This document shows positions 11,446 through 24,124 of a stretch of DNA of 64,000 nucleotides, one piece after another. This stretch comes from Octopus bimaculoides (Eukaryota): contig NC_068988.1 of NCBI RefSeq assembly GCF_001194135.2, positions 73,633,849 through 73,697,848 of the forward strand, written 5' to 3'. The translations under genes and the position numbers were made by a program. Position 1 is the stretch's first letter. Every line of letters starts with the position of its first letter. A model generated the notes under the pieces. It did no database searches and had not been told where the DNA came from. It saw only the letters and a program-made list of their open reading frames with translations.

Positions 11446-13576
11446 TATATGTTGAAGATATTGTTGATAACAATGCCGGCCATCGGAAAAAGAGGTACAT
11501 TAATTTTCTACATTCACTATCTTTTCCTTTTTAGAAAAACAAGTCGACAGATATTTTTGTTTCTCATGGTCTGCAATTCGAGAGAAAAATGGACAAATTC
11601 ATACATACATCTTCACACATTATGTAAATGTGTAGGTGTCCATGATAGTTTCATGAAGCTCACTGGTTAAATAGCTCGCTACTGTACTCCTATTGACAAG
11701 CTGTTCCTCCATTGGAAAGCAAAGCAGTTGCTGGTCGAAGCTCTCACTATTGAGGCAGGTTTGTTTTGCTCGTGAGTTGCTGTAAAATGGTGGCTCTGCT
11801 TTTCTTACGTTCGTTTAGAATATTCTCTCCCTCCTTTTCTTCTTCACGAAGCTATACACAGATAATAATATATGGTCTCACATTTTCCTTCCCTCTCTTT
11901 CCTAATATTTTTGTCAATTTTTTATTCTCCCACCGTGTTTCGCTCTCTCGCTTTCTCAATCTTACTTCCTTCCTCCATATCCTCTCGCTCACCTCTCCTT
12001 ATCAAATCTGGTATGTTTTTACTGCTGCTAGGTTGGAGCGCATACTATATATAATATCCTGTGAGCGAGTGTATGAATTTGTATCTGTGTGTTTATAGTA
12101 TTCGGTAGGCGTTAACATTTAATAGGAGGGGGAAAGTAGATGATGGGAGAAAGAAAGGAAGAAAATAAGAGAGCCAGAGAGAAGTGGAAAACAAAACAAA
12201 AGTGGATACTGAGAATGGGTAACGAGAACGGTGACAAATACGTAAAGTAAAATGAACAAGTAAAATGCTATATATCAGAAAAAATAGTGTACGTAAGTTG
12301 ATATCGTATAAGTACTACAAAAATAAAGTGAGATATTGTCAAATACTACGAGCTGAAACGATAGCGTTATGTGTCAATCAAATCAAATAGACAAACTCAC
12401 TTATACTCATTAAGGGACTAAGCTCCGCCTCTATGAACAGCAGAAACGGTGAAACCTTTTCGATTTCATTTTCGCGCTGCTTACAGTATCTTTCTAGCTT
12501 TTCTTTTCTAATCTCTGCCAGTCTAATTTGCGTTACGTATTTATTCACAAAATTGTTAGCAGTAGACATGCGATTCTGTGTTGGACGTGTTTCTTAAATT
12601 AAAAACGCATACTACAATTTACATTACGTATCAATATAATAAGAAAAAGTGATTCGTTTTCTGGTAAATCTTTATTTTGAAGCAGATCAAATTATTTTTC
12701 ATTAGAACATCGGCGTTGATTAGTCTCCGTGTGATTAATTAGGAGTTAGATATTCCAAGCATTGATATTGATCAATGTCTACATATACATAGATATATGC
12801 ATCAATACATACATACATACATACATACATACATACATACATACATACATACATACATACATACATACGTGAGTACGCGCGTGTGTGCATTAATTTGAGT
12901 ATTTTTCTTGTTTTCTGAATATTTCATCGTGGAAAGCACTTTAGCAAGATAGGACTAAAACGAAGAGTCAAAAAAAAAAAAAAAAAACAAGTTGAATTAC
13001 ATACTGAAGTAAAATATCTACAACATTTCCCAGTCTCCTGAGTTAGTCATATTCTCACACTTTAGTTGCGAAGTATTATCTATTGCTCATTCTTATTTAT
13101 TGGACTTGAATTGTAGCTGATAGGGTCGACTTTAGTGAATTTGAGGGCTTCCGCAATAAATTCTTTTCTTTTTTTTTTTCTTTTTTTTTCACAGCAAATT
13201 CTTCATAAATTGTGCTATTAATATTTCGTTTCTTTCTCGCTACTTCGCGCCCCGTACTCTGGAGTATAAAAGAGACACATTTTGGGAATCATTTCCGCTG
13301 ATGAAGTCATCAGACTACCGCATGCTGTGAATTGATTGGCAGGATTTCGATGTTCCACACTGTGTCCGAAGACTAGATAACATTGTAGATGTTTTATTTC
13401 ATATGTAGCTTGATTTAATTTCCAAGGCTCTGTTTTGTTTCGGCTGTTTCTATATATTATGTAGAATTATAATTTGATATTTCTTTTTCTTAAGCATTCT
13501 CCTTAAATCGCTTTATATAAAAAAATTTTCTCACTGTAATTCAAAGTATTTATAAACATGGGTGCTATACCTTTTA

Positions 13577-13730
13577 GACACAATATGGCTGTATGAGTAA
13601 GATGTACGCTTCGAAATCACAGGGTTTAAGGTTCAGTACCACTGCAGTCACCCAGAGCACGATATACTGGGCCGACCAGTGAGTCAACTGGGTGGACGGA
13701 AACTGTGAGAAAGCCCTTCGCATATGCGAA
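13577..13730 (+). mobile_element. Degenerate SINE family A head/core
   Basis: ATGGCTGTATGAGTAAG..GGTTCAGTACCACTGC...GGGCCGACC...GACGGAAACTG. Confidence 0.6.
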
Positions 13731-13827
13731 GGGCTCTTCCTCACAGTTTTATACATATATATGTATGCATGTACATGTATGTATGAGCATGTACACACAC
13801 ACACATTTATATATGTATGTATGAATA

Positions 13828-15540
13828 GTGTTCCGATTGCAGGACAGTGTGTCAGAGAAAATCGACATGCTGCAAGAGAGAAGTGTGTGCGGATGAGTGA
13901 TAGCACTTATGCATTTATTGATTCTGAAAAGAAAGAGGTATGGGAGTGCCACTATGAAAGGCTACTAAACGTAAAGAAAGAGAGTCTTCCTAATGTGAGC
14001 TCAACAAACGGCAGTATGATCGATAAATCAATTAAGAATATGAAGACAGGGAAAGCTCCTGGCCCTTCAGAATTTACCGTCGAGATGGTCAAAATATTTG
14101 TCGAAGTGGGTTTTGTCACCCATGTTGTTAACCCGGTTGCACAGGAATGTATCATACCCAACTACAGGTGTAGCAACTACTACAAAGGTAGAAAAGAAGC
14201 CTTAGACAGAAGTAATTACAGAGATGTCAAATTGTTAGACTAGGTACTGAAAGTTACATTAAGGGTTATAGCCCAACTCATCAAGAGAGTTAACGTAGGT
14301 GACATGCAGTTTGGTTTGTGACAAAGAGAAGCACTAGTGATGTTATATTCCTAGTAAGTCAACTTCAGGAGAAACATTTAGCAAAAGATAAACCACTGTG
14401 CTTGGCATTTGTTGACATGGAGAAATCCTTTGACATGATCCGCGCTATCTCAATTGGCTGTCGCTGCGGAAGCTATGGCTAGATGAATGGTTGGTGAGAA
14501 CTGTTTAAGCCATGCGCAGGAATGCTGTCAATAAGATGGAAGTCAGCAAAGAGTATAACAATGAATTTAATGTGCAGGTAAGAGTACACCAGAGTTCGAT
14601 TCTCAGCCCTCTCTTATTTATCATAGTCCTCCAGGCCATAACAGAGGATTTAAACACTGGTTCCTCGACGATACTCTTCTATACTGATGGCCTTGTTCTT
14701 ACAGCTGAACCTATAGTATCATTAGATAAAAACCTAGGTTCGAAAGCAAAACTAGTAATCAAAGGGCTTTAAAGTTAGCTTAGTAAACAAGGAAGCAGAC
14801 AAATTACTATTCCTTTCAAGGAAATGGCCCTACTCGACATGTAGAAAATGCGTAGGTAGGAATTCCATATAGTGTATCCAGTGCAAGCTATGAACACATG
14901 AAGTGCAGTGGAATCACAGGAAGGTTAACAGAGAAGGTAGTCTTTATGTGTGGCAGATGTGCAGGAACAATAAACACTAAAATCACACAGAAAATAGATT
15001 TTCTCAAATGCCCAGAGGGATCCTTTATAGTAGTTGATAATTTCTTTTACCGAGGTGACCGAATTAACAGTGAAAGTGGGTGTTCTGAAAATGTAGTTGC
15101 TAGAATAAGAACTGGCTGGAGAGAGTTCAGAGAGCTATCACTTCTGTTAGTAATAAAGGCCAAATGAAACGTAGGATATGACCGCAGAGAATATGCAAAG
15201 GCTTGAAAGAAAGGAAGCTAGCATGCTCCACTAGATGTACAATATCAGTGTACATGTAAGACAAAGTGTAAATGTGTTGCGAGAAAAAAAGTAGGCATAA
15301 GGAGCACGAAAGATGACTGCGCTGGTATTGCCATGTGATGCGTAATGGATGAGAACAGTTGTATAAAGAAATGCTGATCTTCAAATATGGATGGAACCTG
15401 TTGAAGGGGAAGACCTAAGAAGATGTGGGCTGAAGTGTTGAAAAATGAACTCGGGAGTTGGGCCCCACGCAGATGACAAACGACCGAGATGACTGGCGAT
15501 TTGCTAAACTCAAGAAAATTCGTCCATCTAAGCAAAAATG
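13828..15540 (+). mobile_element. RTE-clade LINE, 3' half (linker + RT), decayed
   Basis: WECHYERLLN, MKTGKAPGPS, YKGRKEALDRSNYRDVKLL, AFVDMEKSFD, VHQSSILSPLLFIIVL, LFYTDGLVL and RIRTGWREFREL are RTE-type RT motifs, interrupted by stops and frameshifts. Confidence 0.9.
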
Positions 15541-15544
15541 AGGT

Positions 15545-15945
15545 CCCAAAAGCATTTTGCACTCTACCCCCCACCCGTGTACTTCACATCATCTTGCTGC
15601 CACCTGTTACTTCCTTGATCTGCCACCTGTTACTCCCATTTCCTTCCCATCTAACAGATAGTCACAACTCTAGCCATGTTCACCACTCACTGCATCTCTT
15701 TCTATCCATCGGCCACTTGCCTCTCACACTCTCAAGAACTTACTCACCCAAACCGCTTCTCTCTATTCACCTTCTTGCAATTTGAAAGTAAGCCTTGACA
15801 CACCTTCAATACCATCCTCTTTCTCTTCTATCTGGGGTGACAATGTTTCTCCCCTACAGCCAGACACCTGTTCTTGTTCCCATCTCAAAACCTGGCATAA
15901 AACCAGCTCTCTCAATGCTACTCCCCACTTCCATCGAGGGGCGAA
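15545..15945 (+). mobile_element. Possible Penelope-like fragment (region before the GIY-YIG domain)
   Basis: Weak: HTLKNLLTQT and CSCSHLKT resemble the PxNLKNLLV and Cys-rich linker of PLEs. Confidence 0.3.
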
Positions 15946-15949
15946 TAAC

Positions 15950-16120
15950 TTGGTAGCCTCATTAGTGCCGGTACCACGTAAAAAGCGCCCAGTACACTCT
16001 GTAACGTGGTTCGCGTTAGGAAGGACATCTAACTGTAATAAACATGCTGACGCAAACATTGGAGCTTGACGCTTTTTGGCTCACCAGCCTCTGTTGAACC
16101 AACACATGTTAACATTGAAA

Positions 16121-16180
<60 letters not shown>
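15950..16180 (+). mobile_element. RTE LINE 3'UTR with (GAT)n tail
   Basis: GTGCCGGTACCACGTAAAAAGC..CAGTACACTCTG..GCGTTAGGAAGG..CATCTAACTGTA followed by (GAT)n, downstream of the RTE ORF. Confidence 0.65.
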
Positions 16181-16194
<14 letters not shown>

Positions 16195-16450
16195 GGTGGT
16201 ATACACGCGCGGGCATACACTCATGTGGATGTGCAAGTTTGTCACCACTTGACAGACAAACGTGCCTGTAACTTTGCTGTTCAGCAAAAAGAGACCGATT
16301 GTACTAGTGCCACACTTAACATAAGTACTGCGGGTGATTTTATAGACTAAAACCATTCAAGGTAGTGTCTTCTCATAGCCGCATTCCGATGACCAAAGCA
16401 TAAGAGAAAAAAGATATTCAAGTGTATGTGAATGTATGTATGATGTGTGG

Positions 16451-16527
<77 letters not shown>

Positions 16528-17800
16528 CGTAAGCTGACGCGTATGTATTTAGAACGCATTGTGAGTAAGCAGCGCTGTCCTTAATAGGATGCTACATTGT
16601 CAAGTGTGCTGCCAAGCTGCTGTCACTATCTCCTTTGACTGTCAAGACAACATTATGATACACAGTAGACCGCCAATGTGTAGATTTACAGCTATATACT
16701 TTCAGTCTGTTAAACCTGTGCGTGTCACCACTCGCCCACCGTGCCTGGACTTTCATTAAGAACAAATCATTTTTCTGTTGGTAATCATTCATTTTCAAGA
16801 TAACTTGTGCGTGAATATATTTTGAGTGCATAAGGCTTGTACAGCACTATATCCATGTTTTGAACGTTGCTAAGCTCACCAGTGGTACAAATACATGAGA
16901 CAACGGGTATTTAGAATAGTTTCAGTTCTTTTTTTTTTTTTTTTTCTCTCAGTTTTTCCTTGTCACCATGGTACTCAGCATACTTAAGCGGATATGCTCT
17001 CCTGTAGACGGTAAGTTCCTCTCTGAAACCCACTATATTCTGTGCAAAGATGTCGATTTGTTGACATATGCCTCCAGAGCTGCTTCTGCCTATAGAAAAG
17101 CAGGATTTATAGTCGGAATTTACTCCCCTAGATCCGTGGCATTCAGTTAGAAGCAGGTCTATCTCGTGAACGATGTGGTCTTTAGGAATCATGCACAGCG
17201 GTCCTTGCTGTAGAAAGGCTAGGAGCTCTTATGACTTCAACACACACATGTTGTTGAGAATGTTCTGAAAGTGTAATTGCTAGAATATAAACTGGCTTCC
17301 AGATTTAGGGTAGAACTGCCATATAAGGGATCAGTCAAAAGTTAGCTTATTATCCCTTTACACAGCACTGTCTCTTTTACTGAGTATTTTCCACTTATGA
17401 TTCCCGAAGTCCAGGTAGCTGAAGAGTAAATAGCTTTTCGGCTAAGCTAGAATATAAAATTACAAACTATACTCTTGAAGTCGTGTAGGTAGACAGCAAT
17501 TGTTGGATCATAATAACGCAATAATGTGTATAATATATGAAACACTCAGGAATTACCAGCTAATGCACAGAAGCAATTGTGGTGATTTGTATTAAAGTTT
17601 GTTCAAGCCATCTTCTTGTATTACAATTTTTTTGTATGGATTTTGCAGATATTAGCGGGTTTCGACATGTAATTCATGCTGTATAATAAGCATATGGTAG
17701 CTGGTACCACGTGGAGGAGCTTTGTATAGCACGCTATAAAGTTATTTTCCAGATGATCTTATANNNNNNNNNNATATATATATATATATATATATATATA

Positions 17801-18511
17801 AACAACTTATAAATAAGAGCAAAAGAAAAAAATTCCTATGCCAAATATGCCGAGAAATAGACTTTAAATCGTCAATAACCACATATAATTCATCACTAAA
17901 AGTATGCGTCTCGAAGCAAGCTGACAGAAATCTCTAAAAATTCCGTTATTACCGAATCGGTCCGATTTCTGAGTTAATTCATAAAGAATTGTCTCGTCAT
18001 CAGCGGTAAATACGTTAAGAAAATAAATGAAATACATACTTGCACACATGAAACAAGCATGCGCAAAGCCATGAGTACACTTAAGTACCCCCAAATATAT
18101 TCAAATAGAGATTTTGCAGCACACCTCGAGACACGTGCGATCAGACTGAAAACTTCTCATGGAGTAAGAGACAGTCCGGAAGTGAATGGTATTAAATTTA
18201 CATCTAATATAGGATAAAATTTTCAAAAAATTTTATCAGTGGCCAGCATATTAAAAAATTCCTTTTAAGGTGAAAATTATAAAAAATTATAAATAAGGGC
18301 AAAAGAAAAAAAATTCCTTCAAGACGCGTACTTTTAGTGATGAATTATATGTGGTTATTGACGATTTAAAGTCTATTTCTCGGCATATTTGGCATAGGAA
18401 TTTTTTCTTTTGCACTTATTTATAAGTTGTTTATATTTTTCACCTCAAAAGGTATTTTTTAATATGCTGGCCACTGATAAAATTTTTTGAAAATTTTATC
18501 CTATATCAGAT
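17801..18511. repeat. Nested inverted-repeat element (foldback/MITE-like)
   Basis: 17801-17916 is the reverse complement of ~18317-18432, and 18202-18317 is the reverse complement of ~18397-18511. Both have only a few mismatches. Confidence 0.85.
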
Positions 18512-21066
18512 ATATATAGTGCTTGTATCATCATCATCATCATCATCAACGTTTTAAAGTCTGGTCCATTCTTGTGTAACCTATGTGACAGTCAAAAACA
18601 AATTATGCAATGTTTAAGCTGTAAATTTCGAACGATTTCAAGGATTGTATTGAGTCACATTTCAGAGTAAAGTTCGTGCATTAAACAACATTTTGTTCTT
18701 TATATGAATGTTTGGCAAGTGACCATGACCAAGTGACTTCAACTACACTCAGGCTCCATCAGTGCTTTCTTAGTGCATTTGGTCGATGGAATTTGTTTAT
18801 GAAATAAAATCACAGAGGTACATAATTAATGACTTTTGTCTTTAAATGAACGCTGTACTTCACAGTTTTATATGCAACATATTTTAGATTGTACACTATA
18901 GATAACGTATAGCATGCTGTGAAGTGAGCATTATTTATTGTAATTTGTATACTGCCGTCTGAACACAGCTTCAACGCTCTGTAGGTTTGACACAACCGAT
19001 TATGCTGGCAGCATTATTATTTTATAAGTTGTACACTACAAATTGTGTTCTGCATGTTAAATTTTGCTGGTAGTGTTCAGTAAATTGTTCACTACAAGTG
19101 GTTGATACTTCAAAGGATGCACACTGCAAATTGTTCACTGTACTTGTTGTACTTCAGATTATAATCCAGCAGATTTTTTGTACAGTACAGTATAGATTTT
19201 ATGTTGTACACTTCACTGTTTCAGCTCTTCGCCGTAGAATTTGTAGTGTATATGGTTGAAAACAGCAGGTTATACCGTGGATTTTGCAGTGCAAAGTTAA
19301 AAAATCGAAAAATTTGTTTGCGTAGGATTAAATTATGTGCCGCAGTTATTATCATCGTAAGTGATCTAAAACAGAACTCGCATTAATATGAGAAAATATC
19401 ACTTTCTATTAAAAATCTGAGATTTCAAATTAGAAATTTTTAGCTGTCAGGCAAACAATTCAAAATTCATTTATAAAAAATTCACAGCTAATATGTTTTC
19501 AATGGTGTCTTATTCTTAATACTTTCCGGCAGATTCGAACGTGAACATGCTAATCGCTGTCGTGTTTCGTCTGAAAGGAATTGTTCTCCTATGACGAAAC
19601 ACACTAGTTCGAATCTGCTGGAATGTATTAAGATTGATCCGTGAGTCGTCGTTTGATTCTCGCTGTTAACTACGCAGATGATAAGTTATTATATTTTCAA
19701 TATTTTTTTAAACTTTCGTTTGAATCAGTTTCACTGTCTGATGCTAGTATAGAGCTACTATTTAATCTTTTGCAAATATAAAATATGCAATTACCATCTC
19801 ATTTTCATCTTGTGGAATAGCGATTATTATTCATACTAGCAGAAAGACCACCCTCCAGGCGGTTTTCTGCTAGCCCCTTGATGATATTTTCACATTTGAT
19901 TCCCAATTCTAATAGTTTTTATATTTTACGTCTAATTATTTCTTTGTATAATAGTGCTCACTTGCTTAGTAAATGTTGTTTCATTATTTTATTACAGTCA
20001 TAACCTCTCTCTTTTAAACAAACATCACGGTAATCCAACATCAGAGGGAGAAGCAATTTGTCAAGTTTTACCTTCCCCTCAAAGCAACATAAGGAATCTC
20101 AGTTCAGCAGCCCATCTGTAAGCTTTGCAGTGTGTGTGTGTGTGAGAGAGAGAACATTGCAAACAATGAATGAAATAAACATGAAATGAAAAAATCGTAT
20201 AAATAAAAGGGCATAACTAGAGACGCATATGCCCCCGACTTTGTTGCCTCACAACATCCAGAAAAATGGATACTTTTTAACAAATTTTCTACAAATACCG
20301 CTTAGATGTGACTTTAGAGTATATAGGGATTTATGGGAAAGAGGAGTTTCAGAAAATTCACGAGATCTGACTTTTTTCCTTCGTAACTTTCAGGAAGATA
20401 GATATCTTTTAATGAAAATTTATACAAATCCCTTTTAAACGGCATTGATTACGATTATAAAGAAATTTGTGGGGAAAATAGACGTCATTGATTGGTTGAA
20501 ATTACCGAAATACGACAACTTTAACACGAAATAACTTCGAAAATACACAATTTTCTCAAAAACGCCAAGAGTAAATGATGCTTTATGTGACACATTCTAC
20601 CAGTATACGAATTTTGAAAGTGTTTAGTTACAAAAAGTTATTTTTTAAATGTGCCGGTCAAAGGGAAAAGATCCACTTTTAGTAATAATAAGCTAATTAA
20701 TAAGCAGCTTTCTCCATTATAGTATAGATATTAAAATTTAGTTACATATTTTTATTTATTTACTTGTTGAATGAGAGTGAAAAGGAGCAAAATATATAAA
20801 TTTGCAATGTTGTTTATTTTGTTGTTCTAAATCTCTTACTGCCGATAAATATATGATACCACAAAGTTAGCATAGCAGATTATTGATAGTCTTATCAAAT
20901 CAAATTCCCAAAATAAAACATTTCAGATACATTAATATAACAAAGACTTGCACACGAAAAGGCACGTTACAAATTAGCAAGTTAAGTATTGAAGGTTTAT
21001 CTTTAAATGCATACGTTTACATTTTATGGTAATACGTTTAAATCGTATAATCGTATGAGCAAACAG

Positions 21067-21120
<54 letters not shown>

Positions 21121-21429
21121 AATACAAAACCAAAGTTTTACAAGAGAAGCTACACGAGTATTGTATGTGAAACAATTACATTCAGAAGTGGATACCTTAT
21201 TTAGCTTTTTGATGTTTATTTTATCATTCTTCCCAACTTACGGGTGGAGTAGGTATAATTAACTCGCTTAATACATAACTAGTACTTATCTTATCAACTT
21301 TTGATTATGCGTAACATTTGTTTAATATTATTATAATAATTTTTTATATCCTCACCATCTGTTTCTGCTATATTAACAAGTATATATATATCGTGTAATC
21401 GCATCAAGATATCCTGATAAGACTCTCAG

Positions 21430-22730
21430 AAAGGGACCACGTAACTGGAAGTTGAATGCATCCTTTTCGGCGCGTAAAGCTTACACAGATCGTATTAGCA
21501 TGTCAGTTAAGCGACTATCGGCAGGGACAATTGTCAACAAGTAGTATGGCCTTCTGAAGAATGCGACTGTAAGAAGCGATAGAAAGAATAAGGTTAGGGA
21601 GGGAGATAGTGAGTATATTCAAAGAGGCAGTTAAAAAAGAGATCGCAACCAACATACTTGCGGTGTGAATGGACTTTGTCCAATTCTTCAATGCAAAACA
21701 TGAAGGTTCGTTGTCGGAGCTGAAGGCCCCTAAAATATGAAGGAATAAAAGATGTTCGATGGACCCAGGTAGCAAAGGCGTAACGTGACAACAAAGCCAC
21801 CTTTGACGGATAAACGAGCGCATACTACGCGACTCCAAGCAAATGTGAAATCGGTTCGACTATCTGGGATGAATGACAGGCCAGAAAGGTGAGTAGACAA
21901 TGCCTAAGTCATCAGAAAACGAGGAATGCTGCGAAAAGCCGATAATCGCTGGCAAGTTACGGTAAGTGATTGTATGAGGTGTAATCACTTTGTTTGGATG
22001 GTCGGTCTGGGCCATGAGGTTTACTTTTATAGACCTTTAATTTGTTCGGAGGAATCCTGGCAGACGTCTTATACAACTTTCCGCAAAAGAGAATTCCCAA
22101 TTTTACAAGTCGGAGAGTGATAGCACTGCGTAGAAAAATATCAAAAAGAAGCTATTATAAAAGATTTCCGATCCATAAATGCGGAGATTAAAATTTTAGC
22201 TAAAGTGTTAGCAAAAAGGTTTGAGCTTGATGTTAGTACTTTGGTCAAGAAACCGCAAACATGTGGAATCACCAATTGATCTATTCATGACGTCTTGCGA
22301 TCATCGTGAAGCGGATGAGTAACTAACTTGACTCCAATGTGGCTCTGATCAACTCGACTCGATCGAAAGCTTTTGATAGAAGTTATTCGCGAGTAGAACT
22401 CAAATTTCGGCCTGGTCTAGAAGCTAGCTTACTGCAATGCACAACTGCATATGCTCGGCAGTCTAAATGAATAGCTTTATATCGGAACTAGTTTCGAATG
22501 ACGCTCGATCTGTAAAGGGATTCCTCTTTCACTCATTCAATACTATCTCTCGATCCCCTGCTGCGGAGGCTGCACTTGTTGAAGGGCATTCTATTCGAAG
22601 TGGGACACAGTAGAGCTGTATGGGCTTCTTCAGATGACATCACCGTAATGGTGTCAGATCCCATGGAAATCGCGGTAGTCAATACTGTTCTAAATGAATG
22701 TGATTTCAGTTAAAATGCAGACAGACACTG
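21430..22730 (+). mobile_element. L1/Tx1-clade LINE fragment (EN-RT linker and RT), heavily decayed
   Basis: NWKLNAS, GLDGLGHEVY, IKDFRSINAEIKILAKVLAKRF, SKAFDRV and ADDITVMVS. Confidence 0.75.
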
Positions 22731-23684
22731 ATAGATTATATTTATACCAACATCAGAATCGTTGGCTTTTTAATGGCATTTACCATAGAATGTCGTATTT
22801 TCCATCTATAATGCAGCATTGAGATTATTATAACTGTTGTTGTTGTTGTTGTTGCTGCTGTTGTTGTGTTTGCAAGAAAAAGTTGTTGTTTTGAAGCTCG
22901 TAAGTTGTTATTGAATATTGTTACTTTGAATAAAGTAATTTTGGTTTTTGTTGTATCATTTTCTTATTAAGCCAACTATCTAAGGCTGGTTAACATAGTG
23001 AAATGTTTTAACTTTTTAATATCTAAGTTAATATTTTGAAAAACAAAACATGGTTTCGCAAATCCGGCGAGACGTTAGTTGTTTCAATAACTAATACATT
23101 ACCAGTTCAAAAAGAAGAAACGGACATGACATGTGAAAACAAAACTACCACTGCCAGAGATTTTACCATCAGTGTTAACCAAAACAACAACAGTGAGCAT
23201 GAAAACAACAATAACAACAATGAGCATAAAAAACAGAAAGAAGGAAAACCAAATTGTCGATTCAACATACCTGGAAAATTTCACCTCTACCACCACCACC
23301 ATCACCACAACTATTAACAGCACGATAAATATAAATCAAGACACCACAATTAACAAATCCAAAATTACCGGATTCGCAACCGCCGTGCGATAGGAAGAAG
23401 TAATTAATTAACCTCTCAAGTATAATAAAATGCTAGAAAAAAGAAAAAAACTCCTTGCGATGTCTCACCCAAATGTAGAATTAAATAATTAAGAATACAT
23501 CCGACAAGAAACCACTTTGAAAACTGTAACATACATAAAATGACACGAATACAAAGCTGCAAAATAGAACGTGCGACACAGTAGCAAATAGGAAAGTGGC
23601 TCGGACCACGGAATGCTAAAGTATATATTGCTAGGCTTAAAATACAGCATAGTACAGGTGAGAGTCCCGACAGAGGCCTTTTTT

Positions 23685-23722
<38 letters not shown>

Positions 23723-23742
23723 ATTTTTTCAGTTCAGTACAC

Positions 23743-23958
23743 ATTATTATTTCAAATTTTGCCACAAGGGCACCAATTTTGGGGGAGGGGATGCGTCAAT
23801 TACCTCGACTCCAGTGTTCAACTGGTACTTATTTCATCGACCCCGAAATGATGAAAAGCATAGTCGACCTCGGCGGAATTTGAACTCAGAACGTAGTGAC
23901 GGGCGAAATACCGCTAAGCGTTTGGCAGGTGTGCTAACGATTCTGCCAGCTCGCCACC
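23743..23958 (-). mobile_element. tRNA-derived SINE family B, full length
   Basis: The reverse complement shows A-box TGGCAGAATCGT, B-box GAGTTCAAATTCC and the central GAGGTCGAC..TTTCATC.TTTCGGGGTCGAT.AAATAAGTACCAG. From memory this central part resembles the conserved domain of widespread metazoan (Meta/Nin-type) SINEs, which needs checking. Confidence 0.9.
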
Positions 23959-24116
<158 letters not shown>

Positions 24117-24124
24117 GATTTTTT

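Noticed and set aside
13299-13314. CTGATGA-AG-TCATCAG perfect 7-bp palindrome
   Set aside because: It is too short and is expected by chance in 64 kb.
23679-23720. Poly(T) run as the tail of a processed pseudogene
   Set aside because: The sequence upstream on the minus strand is a SINE end plus ~25 nt; no recognisable mRNA-derived ORF is present.
23743-23958. tRNA gene call for the SINE heads
   Set aside because: A/B boxes are present but there is no full cloverleaf, and the heads continue into SINE body and tail.
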